A stretch of DNA of 48,440 nt, taken from positions 1-48,440 of the forward strand of contig PKTJ01000023.1 of NCBI GenBank assembly GCA_002869205.1, read 5' to 3'. A model generated the notes under the pieces. It worked only from the letters and a program-made list of their open reading frames with translations, did no database searches and was not told where the DNA came from. The position numbers and the translations under genes were made by a program. This document shows positions 28,260 through 36,920 of the stretch, one piece after another. Source of the stretch: Candidatus Parcubacteria bacterium. GTDB lineage: Bacteria > Patescibacteriota > Patescibacteriia > Magasanikbacterales > UBA922. Position 1 is the first letter of the stretch. Each line of letters starts with the position of its first letter.

Positions 28260-29872
28260 GCGTTTTGCTTTATTTCATCTTTTACAATTTGAGGTATAAT
28301 GTTTTCAAGTAATATAGCAGAGGATGTGTCTTTGAGAGATTTGACATAATCTAACAATTCTTTTGGTTCAGTAATTACACGGATTTTTAGATTAAATTTA
28401 GAGGCCACAGCACCCTTGGTGAGTGGTTCCACAAAGTCTGGTGTGATGATGACGAGCTCATCAGCCATAAATGATATCTCACCACCTATTTTTTGATGCA
28501 TCTCTTCACTTCTGTTTCCAAGCTCTATCATTCCCCGAGTAATCACAATGCGTTTTTGGTGTGATTTTTGTGCATTGAGCATCTCAAGGGCAGCTTTGAA
28601 TCCATCGGGATTTGAATTGTAGCTGTCATCTAATATGACTGAATTACCATATGGTGTGGGCTTGAGCGCGCGACTCATGTCTTGGGGTCGAGCATCTGAT
28701 GCAATGATTTCATCTCGTGACATGCCTAGAAATAGTCCGGCAAGTGTACAAGGGGCCAGATTGAGAACATTGTGTTCGCCAAAGATTTTGGTTTGAACTT
28801 CGCGTTCTTCTGTTTCTTTGTTATCTTGTATAATTTCAGTTTTACAATAAATGCCTTCTGGTTTTGTTTTTATATCTGTTATGAGAAGTGTTGGATCAAA
28901 CTCTTCGTCCACGCCAAATGTCTGCACTTTGCACGTTAGTTCATGTAAAAATTCTCTACAATATTTATTATCAGAATTAGTAATGGCGAGTCCGTTATCT
29001 GGTAGAGATCTTAGTAATTCATACTTGGCTGTTTGTGTGTTCTCTATAGATCCAAAAAGGCTCATGTGCTGTTCATTGATTGCGGTGAGAATTCCTACTT
29101 TTGGTTTTACGATATCGCAGATTAGTTTAACATCCCCTATCTCATCAGCCCCAATTTCTATAACAAAGATATCTTTGTCACTAAAATCAGTATTCAATAT
29201 AAAACGTAAGATGCCAAAGTGGCTGTTGATGTTTTGTGGTGTTTTGATAACATTGAACTTTTCTGACAGCATGTGTGCCAAGAAGTTTTTTACAGACGTT
29301 TTGGCATAGCTTCCGGTAATACCAACAACTGTGAGATTGTTATATGCTTTCATTTTTTGTGTTGCTCGTCTGATATATATATTTTTTATAATTTTCGTAA
29401 TTCCATTTAATATCAATACCACTAAACTAATGGTAAATAATCTCAACATGAGCGCAAGAATAAGTATTTGCCAGTCTCTTGAGAGAACAAGCCATGATGC
29501 TTCTGCGCTCATTGATAATAGAATAATTGCAAGTGCCTTTATACTAAATTGTGGTCTCTTTACTTTCTTTTGAAGGAATCTGTATGCATTGACACCAAGG
29601 TCAGTGAGGAAAAACGCAACAATAATGTATTTTAAGGTTTCAATATCATTGAGTGGCCAGAGAAATACCATGATTGCTATAATACTTCGATATAGCAGGC
29701 TGTAGCGTGCCATAAATTCTTTTCCTTGTTTGGTGGTAAGGAAATCTTTGAAACGATCTAGTCTATACCATTTTAATTGCCAGACATAGCATAGCCCTGC
29801 GTAATCAAACGTAGCACTAATAAACCATAGTAGTGCGATAGTAATATTAAGTAATGTGAAATATTCAAACAT
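28256..29872 (-). CDS. MurF-like Mur ligase with N-terminal membrane domain
   Basis: GITGSYAKTS P-loop variant, FVIEIGA, QH...F, DDSYNSNP, GMIELG; about 160 hydrophobic N-terminal aa. Confidence 0.8.
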   Translation of the reverse strand: MFEYFTLLNITIALLWFISATFDYAGLCYVWQLKWYRLDRFKDFLTTKQGKEFMARYSLLYRSIIAIMVFLWPLNDIETLKYIIVAFFLTDLGVNAYRFLQKKVKRPQFSIKALAIILLSMSAEASWLVLSRDWQILILALMLRLFTISLVVLILNGITKIIKNIYIRRATQKMKAYNNLTVVGITGSYAKTSVKNFLAHMLSEKFNVIKTPQNINSHFGILRFILNTDFSDKDIFVIEIGADEIGDVKLICDIVKPKVGILTAINEQHMSLFGSIENTQTAKYELLRSLPDNGLAITNSDNKYCREFLHELTCKVQTFGVDEEFDPTLLITDIKTKPEGIYCKTEIIQDNKETEEREVQTKIFGEHNVLNLAPCTLAGLFLGMSRDEIIASDARPQDMSRALKPTPYGNSVILDDSYNSNPDGFKAALEMLNAQKSHQKRIVITRGMIELGNRSEEMHQKIGGEISFMADELVIITPDFVEPLTKGAVASKFNLKIRVITEPKELLDYVKSLKDTSSAILLENIIPQIVKDEIKQNA

Positions 29873-29885
29873 ATGACATTATACG

Positions 29886-30590
29886 TTATACTTTTTTGAG
29901 TATTTCTAACAATTTTTCTCTGTTGTGCATGTGTAGACCGTGACGTCCTTTTTCAATAATCTCAAGAGATGCGTTTGGAATTATTTTTGCGATTCTTTTT
30001 CCTTGTTCGAGTGGTGTGTAATCATCATGCTCTCCCCAGACTACGAGCGTGGGGACTTGAATGTCTGGCAAGAGGTGTTCCAAATCTTGCCGTATTATTT
30101 TTTTGAAGATTTCTTTTTTTGTACCCGAAGTGTGCGTGTAGTCAGGTGATTTTGCAAGACGGTATAATACTTTTTTCATCACCAGGTCAAGTCGATTGAG
30201 AATAGGAAGTTTGAAAAAAACTTTTCCTATCTTTGCTACCACACAAAAGATCATTCGTTTACAACTCTTCTTTGGTCTAAATGTTGCTGCGCCGCTCAAG
30301 ACCAGTTTGTCTACGAGTTTGGGATTTTTTGCCATCAAGTATGTCGCAACTTGTCCACCAAAGGAATGACCAAAAAGAATTTTTTCACCTTCTATACCTT
30401 TTATTTTTTCTTTGACAAATTCTGCATAGTCCTCTACTCCCCATACCGTGTCTGGACAGGGCTCATTACCAAAACAAGGAAGTTCAATGCACGTGACTTC
30501 AAAGTATCGTTCTGCCAGGTTGGAAAATTCTAACCATGTCTGAAAATTCCCTCCCCACCCTGGTATAATAATGAGGTTTGGTTTATTCAT
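29886..30590 (-). CDS. Alpha/beta fold hydrolase
   Basis: PGWG, GHSFGG nucleophile elbow, WGE.D, C-terminal His. Confidence 0.88.
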   Translation of the reverse strand: MNKPNLIIIPGWGGNFQTWLEFSNLAERYFEVTCIELPCFGNEPCPDTVWGVEDYAEFVKEKIKGIEGEKILFGHSFGGQVATYLMAKNPKLVDKLVLSGAATFRPKKSCKRMIFCVVAKIGKVFFKLPILNRLDLVMKKVLYRLAKSPDYTHTSGTKKEIFKKIIRQDLEHLLPDIQVPTLVVWGEHDDYTPLEQGKRIAKIIPNASLEIIEKGRHGLHMHNREKLLEILKKV

Positions 30591-30591
30591 G

Positions 30592-31188
30592 TTAGTTCAA
30601 TAATGTTGGTAATATGTCTACACCATTAAATTCGTCGAGTATAATTTCTACTACTTCATTTTCTTCGAACATGACATAGAGTCCGGTGGCTTCTTCAGAT
30701 GAGGTGTGATATACCCAAACCTGACTTGTTGGATAATTTCGAAGTAATACCGGTGGTTCACCAAGTAATTCACGTACTTCATCCACGTCTTTGCCTACTA
30801 ATTCTGACACAACTTCTTCTTCACTGTTTTCATCCTCTGGTACTGCTGGTATATATGTTTCCCAGCCTTCTTTTGGGTTTTCTACCACCTGCATGAGTGT
30901 CATGAGATTGTTTTTCTCTTCTTCAAGAGAAGCCACATCGTTAGTAAGGTCGTTTATCTCATTTTGTTGTTCAGCATTGAGCTGAGCCACTTCTACACAA
31001 CTTTTTGAATTAAGTATTTCTACCTTTTTCATTTCTTTGCTGTGCCATGAGTACATGAGGCTCACTGCAACAATGGCAGTGATAACACATGTCGTACCAA
31101 TAATCGCACCAAACGGACACATTTTCGGAGGTAATGGTGCTGGTGTTACGACAGGTTTTTTGGCTGTGGTTTTCTTTTTTGGAGGCAT
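30592..31188 (-). CDS. Hypothetical membrane-anchored protein with coiled coil and small C-terminal alpha/beta domain
   Basis: One TM helix, coiled coil, G...DEV..LLGEP......W.Y pattern (SmpA/BLIP-like). Confidence 0.7.
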   Translation of the reverse strand: MPPKKKTTAKKPVVTPAPLPPKMCPFGAIIGTTCVITAIVAVSLMYSWHSKEMKKVEILNSKSCVEVAQLNAEQQNEINDLTNDVASLEEEKNNLMTLMQVVENPKEGWETYIPAVPEDENSEEEVVSELVGKDVDEVRELLGEPPVLLRNYPTSQVWVYHTSSEEATGLYVMFEENEVVEIILDEFNGVDILPTLLN

Positions 31189-31198
31189 AGTGTTTAGG

Positions 31199-31317
31199 TT
31201 ATAAAGTTAAAAAGTTATAAAGTTATAAAGTTTGTAAAGTCGATACCCATAGGGCATCAGTGTGCCCTGAAAGGTAAAAGTACAGAGTGTAGGACTTAGG
31301 ACTTAGGACTTAGGACT
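31199..31317. repeat. Tandem repeat cluster: TTATAAAG-type x5, a hairpin, and (TAGGACT)x4
   Basis: Direct reading; the TAGGACT array (31290-31317) encodes the end of serS. Confidence 0.8.
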
Positions 31318-32543
31318 TTTTTGTTCATATATGGTTGTAAGACTTTTGGGATGGTGACGCTTCCGTCTTTTTGTTGATTGTTTTCAATGAGGGCGATTGG
31401 GAAACGACTCATGACAACAGCGGTTCCATTTAGGGTGTGAACATATTCATTTTTTCCTTCCTCATTTTTGTACTTGATATTAAGTCTGCGAGATTGGTAG
31501 TCGGTGCAGTTGCTGGTGCTCGTAATTTCTCCGTACCCATCAAGCATTGTCATGTGTGCCTCCAGATCATATTTGCGGTACGCCGGGCCACCAAGATCCC
31601 CTGTTGCAATATCGATAACACGGTATGGGAATTCAAGTCCATCACAAATTTCTTTTTCAATAGTGAGTAATTCTTCGTGAAGTTTTTCACTATCTTTTGG
31701 TTTACAAAACACAAACATTTCAAGTTTGGTAAATTGATGTACACGATATAATCCTTTGCTTGTTCTACCATAGCTTCCAGCTTCGGTGCGGAAGCAGTGT
31801 GAGAGTGCTACATATTTTTTTGGTCCGTTACTAAGGTCGAGAACTTCATCTGCATGATATCCAAGTACTGTGATCTCTGCAGTGCCCACGAGACTTAGAT
31901 CTTCATCTTCAATATTATAAATTTGTTTTTCTTCTCCACGTGGATTGAATCCTGCACCTTTTAAAATTTCATGTTTTGCCAAGTCTGGAGTTTCGAGTAA
32001 TTCAAATCCATGATTGCCTACAACATCAAGTCCATAATTAATAAGTGCCTGATTGAGACGCACCATGTCATTTTTTACAAAGTAGAATTTACTTCCAGCC
32101 ACTTTTGCACCGCGTTCGAAGTCAATCAAATTTAAGTTGGTGAGAAGTTCTTCATGATCCTTTGGTTCAAAGTCAAAGTCAGGTTTCTTTCCATATTCAG
32201 CAACAGTTACAAAGTCTTCTTCACCGCCAATAGGACTGTCAGGGTGTGTACTATTTGGAATTTGTAAGAGTAAGTCAGTATATTCTGTTTCGATTTCTGT
32301 TTGACGTTCTTCAAATTGTTTTATTTTATCCCCCACTTCGCGCATATGGGTGATTTCCTCGTCACTTGGCTTACCTTTGCTTTTTTGATTTCTCTCGGCA
32401 CGCAGGGTATCGATTTGTTGTTGAAAATCTCGACGTTCTTCATCAAGCTCCAACAATCGTTCAATATTTACATTGACGTGCCTGTTTTTGCAATTTTCTT
32501 TTATGGCGTCCACGTTTTCGCGGATGTATTTTATATCGAGCAT
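31296..32543 (-). CDS. serS: Serine--tRNA ligase
   Basis: MLDIK, GTAE, FRTEAG, RVHQF.K.E, SNCTDYQ.RR, HTLNGT. Confidence 0.96.
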   Translation of the reverse strand: MLDIKYIRENVDAIKENCKNRHVNVNIERLLELDEERRDFQQQIDTLRAERNQKSKGKPSDEEITHMREVGDKIKQFEERQTEIETEYTDLLLQIPNSTHPDSPIGGEEDFVTVAEYGKKPDFDFEPKDHEELLTNLNLIDFERGAKVAGSKFYFVKNDMVRLNQALINYGLDVVGNHGFELLETPDLAKHEILKGAGFNPRGEEKQIYNIEDEDLSLVGTAEITVLGYHADEVLDLSNGPKKYVALSHCFRTEAGSYGRTSKGLYRVHQFTKLEMFVFCKPKDSEKLHEELLTIEKEICDGLEFPYRVIDIATGDLGGPAYRKYDLEAHMTMLDGYGEITSTSNCTDYQSRRLNIKYKNEEGKNEYVHTLNGTAVVMSRFPIALIENNQQKDGSVTIPKVLQPYMNKKVLSPKS

Positions 32544-32567
32544 ATGTTTTAGTTATAACATTAGATT

Positions 32568-32662
32568 CGGATATTCGGATAATCCAGATTTACGGATTCT
32601 ACATCTGTAAATCTGGATTATCCCCGAAGATGGATGCCCTGCGGGTATCCGGAAATCAGTAT
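32568..32662. repeat. Palindromic repeat, diverged copy C
   Basis: GGATAATCCAGATTTAC...GTAAATCTGGATTATCC followed by GATG.ATGCCCT..GGGTATC.GGAAATC, same orientation as copy A. Confidence 0.8.
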
Positions 32663-32667
32663 ATTAT

Positions 32668-33708
32668 TTACAAATTATGTTTTTTTATTATATTTTCTAG
32701 CTCTTCCATTATTTCATCAAGAAAATCGTTATCACCTGCAAGGAATTCAAAATTTCTATGTTGATCAAGCTCGATCCATTCCATTTCCAACACTTCTGTT
32801 TTGTTAAAATTTCCTTTCCCACCAAGAAGTCTGCATACATATGGTACGAGATACACTTGGTAGCTAAAATCTGGAAAGGTGTGGTCTTTTATTTTTATTT
32901 TTGAAATTTGTTGCACTACCTCAACATCGTAGTCAGCCTCTTCTTTTGCTTCTTTTACTGCAGTACTTTCTCCTGTTTCTCCCAAGTCTACAATACCACC
33001 AGGAAATTCCCATTTGCCATGCGTTTCTTCTCGGTGTGGATCATTACGTTTTGTGATGAGGAGTTTTCCATTCTGTATAATCATGGGTAGTGATACAACA
33101 ATATGCTTGGCACCGTAATTGTTTTGCAAAAAATATTTGATTTTATTGAGTGCTTGTCCACGATGACTAATTGCATTTTTTTCATGCAGAGGTGTCTCAT
33201 CAAATGTTTTATTTAGCTGCTCAGAAAAAAACATAGGATCGTAGCCGTGTCCGTATTTATTTTTTTTAGGTATGTGATCTAAGATTGTTCCGTCAACCTT
33301 ACCTTGTGTCAGAAATTGGTTTTTTGTTTTTGGGTCATATAGTGCAATAACGCCGCGAAAAGATGCCTGACGATTTTCTTTTCCCTCCATTTTTTCAAGG
33401 AGTAGCTGACAACGCGCTTCATCTGTTTTTGCAACGCGTGCAGCGTGTATTCCTGGCCACATGTCGAGTGCATTTACAAATAGACCAGTGTCGTCCGCAA
33501 GAGTTATGATTCCTGACTTTTCACCATAGTATTGAGCCTTTTTCATGGCGTTTTCTTCTAGCGTAGCACCGTCTTCTTCAGGCTCTGGATAGTTTTGATC
33601 CAAATCATTGAGGCCAAGTATTTCAAATGGTAAGTCATCCAAAAATAACTTGATTTCTTCAAGCTTTCCTTGGTTAGCTGTGCCAATTAAAAGTTGTTTA
33701 TTTTTCAT
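32668..33708 (-). CDS. rdgB: RdgB/HAM1 non-canonical purine NTP pyrophosphatase fused to a NUDIX domain
   Basis: T.N.GK, ENA..KA, ADDTGL, GYDP.F, KNAISHRG; C-terminal NUDIX box GGIVDLGETGESTAVKEAKEE. Confidence 0.9.
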   Translation of the reverse strand: MKNKQLLIGTANQGKLEEIKLFLDDLPFEILGLNDLDQNYPEPEEDGATLEENAMKKAQYYGEKSGIITLADDTGLFVNALDMWPGIHAARVAKTDEARCQLLLEKMEGKENRQASFRGVIALYDPKTKNQFLTQGKVDGTILDHIPKKNKYGHGYDPMFFSEQLNKTFDETPLHEKNAISHRGQALNKIKYFLQNNYGAKHIVVSLPMIIQNGKLLITKRNDPHREETHGKWEFPGGIVDLGETGESTAVKEAKEEADYDVEVVQQISKIKIKDHTFPDFSYQVYLVPYVCRLLGGKGNFNKTEVLEMEWIELDQHRNFEFLAGDNDFLDEIMEELENIIKKHNL

Positions 33709-33709
33709 A

Positions 33710-34129
33710 CTAGACAATTCGTTCAATATATTTTCGTATTTTTCCTGATTTGAATTTATGTTCTTGGTATGGAGTTAATCTGACAATTTCTGATTCTAGA
33801 TTTACTTGTGTGAGAAAGTCAGAAAGTTTGTCTACATATTCTTTTTGATCATAGCCCAGAGCAATAATATCAGGTCTGTGTTTTTCTATAATTTTATAAG
33901 GATTTTCTTTGTCTCCAAGACACACGAGATCTATAACGTCGATGTGTTTCAAGAATTTGAGACGTTCTTCTTCTGAGTGTAATGACCCTATTCCTTTTAT
34001 TCTCTCTACATTGCAGTCTCGCCCTACGACTACGATGAGGTGATCACCATATTCTCGTGCTTGTTTGAACATATGGATGTGACCCATGTGCACAATATCA
34101 AATGTACCAAAGACCATTACTTTTTTCAT
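33710..34129 (-). CDS. Cytidylyltransferase-family nucleotidyltransferase (RibL-like FAD synthase)
   Basis: GTFDIVHMGH, PDIIALGYDQ. Confidence 0.82.
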   Translation of the reverse strand: MKKVMVFGTFDIVHMGHIHMFKQAREYGDHLIVVVGRDCNVERIKGIGSLHSEEERLKFLKHIDVIDLVCLGDKENPYKIIEKHRPDIIALGYDQKEYVDKLSDFLTQVNLESEIVRLTPYQEHKFKSGKIRKYIERIV

Positions 34130-34134
34130 AGCAG

Positions 34135-36231
34135 TTATTTGAGACCGATATCCCCTGCAATTTCACGCATAGAATCAATTGCAATAGTCAAAAATTCATC
34201 CAAAGTCAATCCTAGCTGCTCACATTCTTTTATGACATTCCGGTCAACGTTTGCAGCAAATTTTTTATCTTTCATTTTTTTCTTTACTGACTTTGCTTCA
34301 AGGTCCATAATTTTGTTTGGACGCATGAGTGATGTGGAATAAATAAGTCCGGTCACTGTTTCGCTGCACGCTAGAGCATGTTCGAGTTCTTGTGAGCGTT
34401 TCATATCTTTCATGCCTGCACAATCAAAACCATATCCGTGAGATAGGACAATAGTAATGAAGTCTTCGTCAAATCCTTTTTCTTTGAGAAGTTCCGGAGC
34501 TTTTGTAAGATGTGTGGTGGAGTCGTGTTCAGTAATTTCCCAATCAATATCATGAAGGAGTCCGAGCATTCCCCAATATTCTTCGTCTTTTCCTAAGTGT
34601 TTTGCAAGACCGCGCATCACGGCTTCGGATTCTAAATAGTGATTTAAGTTTGCTTCTTTTTTTGTATATTCTTTTACAAACGCAAGAGCTTCTTCTCGAG
34701 AGATAGGGAGAATATAATCTATATTTTTTTTATTGTTAACTTGCTTACTTGTCAACTTGCTAACTTGAAGACTAGAATGTTCTGGTTTCATGAGTGGAAA
34801 CAAAACACATTCGCGAATAGGTTTGTCCATCATAAATGCAAAGAGTCTTTCACCAAATCCAAATCCACATGTTGGTGGCATACCGTGTTCGAGCATCTCT
34901 ACAAATTCAAAATCTGGCATCATAGCTTCGTCATCCCCTCTTTCGATAAGCTTTTGTTGTAGTTCAAATCGTTCGCGCTGGTCTACCGGATCGTTTAACT
35001 CTGAATAACCATTTCCTACTTCACTTCCAGCAATGATCACTTGGAAGCGTTCAGTCGTTTCTAAATCTTCTGGACGTGCTTTTGCTAGTGGCGAAATAAG
35101 TTTTGGGTGATTGATGAGAAATGCCGGCCCTGCAATATTACGTCGACAATATTTCCAGAGTGTGTCTGTGAGTCGTTCTTTGTTATCACCTTCATATTTC
35201 ACCTTTAATTTCTCAAGTTTTTTCTTCATCTCATCTTCAGTGGCTTTTGTGATGTCGATCTTTGTTTGTTTTTTGATTTCTTTTGCATATTCAACATGAG
35301 GCCACTCACCTGCAAGATCATATTCATATTCTTTTGTCTTGAACTTTGTGGTACCAAAGACTTCCTCAGCAATGCGTTGATATAATTCTTGGGTCAATTT
35401 CATGCCATCATTATAATTTGCATATGCCCAATAAAATTCCATGTTGGTAAATTCTTGCAAATGGTCAGGACTAGACCCTTCATTACGAAATACCTTGCCA
35501 ATTTCAAATGTCTTTTCAAATCCTGCTGCCATGAGACGTTTTTGCAAAAGTTCTCCGACAGAAATACGTAAGAAGACATCCAGATCAAAATCATTATGAT
35601 GTGTAGCAAATGGAGTTGCTTCTGCGCCACCTGTTGTGGTTTCGAGATAAGGAGTTTCTACTTCAAAAAATCCTTTTTCTTTCATAAATGTTCTTGTAAC
35701 ATCCCAAAATTTTGCTTTTTTATAAAACATGTCACGAATTTCTGGATTCAAGAGCAAATCAAGATAGCGTTTGCGTAGTCGTAGTTCTTCGTCTTGGATA
35801 CCGTGAAATTTGTCTGGCAATGGAAGGATTGCTTTTGAAAGAAGTGTCCATGTTTTTATTAAAACAGATTCTTCACCTTTATGTGTTTGAAATCTTTCGC
35901 CATCAATCAAAATAATATCACCAATATCAATTTTTTTGGTAAATAGTTTGTAGTTTTCATTTCCGAGCTCATCTTGCTTGAAAGCTATTTGCATTTTTCC
36001 TGATTCGTCCTGAAGATGACAAAAGGTAAGTTTACCCATGTCGCGTTTTGTCATGATACGGCCTGACACTTGCACTGACTCCCCTGCTTTCATGCCTAGA
36101 GCTTCAGAAACTGAATGGTTATTTTCAGTGTGAGCTGGGTATGGATTAATTCCAGATTCTTTCAAATCAGCGAGTTTTTTTAGGCGAATTTCGCGCTCAT
36201 CGTTTATGTTTAATTCAGGTTGTTTAGTCAT
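34135..36231 (-). CDS. lysS: Lysine--tRNA ligase (class II) fused to a C-terminal HD domain
   Basis: LPDKFHG, GGA.A.PF, FRNEG, ERF, YSELNDP, GMPP, FPLMK; then NH...GLLHDID...SH HD domain in the same frame. Confidence 0.95.
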   Translation of the reverse strand: MTKQPELNINDEREIRLKKLADLKESGINPYPAHTENNHSVSEALGMKAGESVQVSGRIMTKRDMGKLTFCHLQDESGKMQIAFKQDELGNENYKLFTKKIDIGDIILIDGERFQTHKGEESVLIKTWTLLSKAILPLPDKFHGIQDEELRLRKRYLDLLLNPEIRDMFYKKAKFWDVTRTFMKEKGFFEVETPYLETTTGGAEATPFATHHNDFDLDVFLRISVGELLQKRLMAAGFEKTFEIGKVFRNEGSSPDHLQEFTNMEFYWAYANYNDGMKLTQELYQRIAEEVFGTTKFKTKEYEYDLAGEWPHVEYAKEIKKQTKIDITKATEDEMKKKLEKLKVKYEGDNKERLTDTLWKYCRRNIAGPAFLINHPKLISPLAKARPEDLETTERFQVIIAGSEVGNGYSELNDPVDQRERFELQQKLIERGDDEAMMPDFEFVEMLEHGMPPTCGFGFGERLFAFMMDKPIRECVLFPLMKPEHSSLQVSKLTSKQVNNKKNIDYILPISREEALAFVKEYTKKEANLNHYLESEAVMRGLAKHLGKDEEYWGMLGLLHDIDWEITEHDSTTHLTKAPELLKEKGFDEDFITIVLSHGYGFDCAGMKDMKRSQELEHALACSETVTGLIYSTSLMRPNKIMDLEAKSVKKKMKDKKFAANVDRNVIKECEQLGLTLDEFLTIAIDSMREIAGDIGLK

Positions 36232-36295
36232 ACAAAAAAACAAAGAAATTATGCTTAAATATAGGATAATTGTACCAAAAATGTGAGGAAAATAC

Positions 36296-36320
36296 AAATA
36301 CCCCCATCATGGGGGTATTT
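36296..36320 (-). terminator. Intrinsic terminator after greA
   Basis: AAATACCCCCA-TCA-TGGGGGTATTT hairpin. Confidence 0.6.
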
Positions 36321-36335
36321 TTGATGAAAATTGGC

Positions 36336-36800
36336 TTATTTTACTTCCAAAATTTTATAATCTTGGACTCCTGCAGGAAGGGTTATTTGTATTTTGTCTC
36401 CCTTGTTTTTTCCGATAAATGCGCTTCCTAGGGGAGATTCATTAGATATCTTGCCTGATAGAGGGTCTGCTTCTTGGGCTCCCACAATCGTATATTCTTT
36501 TTCAATCTTGTTTGACTTTACTCGGATTGTAGATCCAATCTGCACTGTCTTACTACCTGTGTTGGTGATGACCTCTGCATCATCAATAAGACGTTGGAGT
36601 TCTTTGACTCTGCTTTGGGCCCATGCCATTTCGTCTCGAGCTGAATGATATTCTGCATTTTCAGACAAATCTCCCAATTGGCGAGCCTCATCAATTCTTT
36701 TTGCGATTGTTGGGATTTTTTCAGATTTCAAATCACGATATTCCTTTTCGAGTTCATCGAGTTTATCTTGAGACATATATTGTGTCTTTTCATCAGTCAT
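36336..36800 (-). CDS. greA: Transcription elongation factor GreA
   Basis: GDLSENAEY, ISNESPLG. Confidence 0.96.
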   Translation of the reverse strand: MTDEKTQYMSQDKLDELEKEYRDLKSEKIPTIAKRIDEARQLGDLSENAEYHSARDEMAWAQSRVKELQRLIDDAEVITNTGSKTVQIGSTIRVKSNKIEKEYTIVGAQEADPLSGKISNESPLGSAFIGKNKGDKIQITLPAGVQDYKILEVK

Positions 36801-36920
36801 ATTTGGCTTAACTTAGTAAAACCTCGCACCATGTGGTACTGGGTAAAAAAAAGGGGTCGCTTGTGTGCGACTAAAATTAGTATATCATCCTTATTAAAAA
36901 GATCAATGAGGTTATCCACA

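Noticed and set aside
12129..32662. Palindromic and tandem repeats considered as a CRISPR array
   Set aside because: Copies are dispersed or directly tandem, with no regular repeat-spacer period and no cas genes
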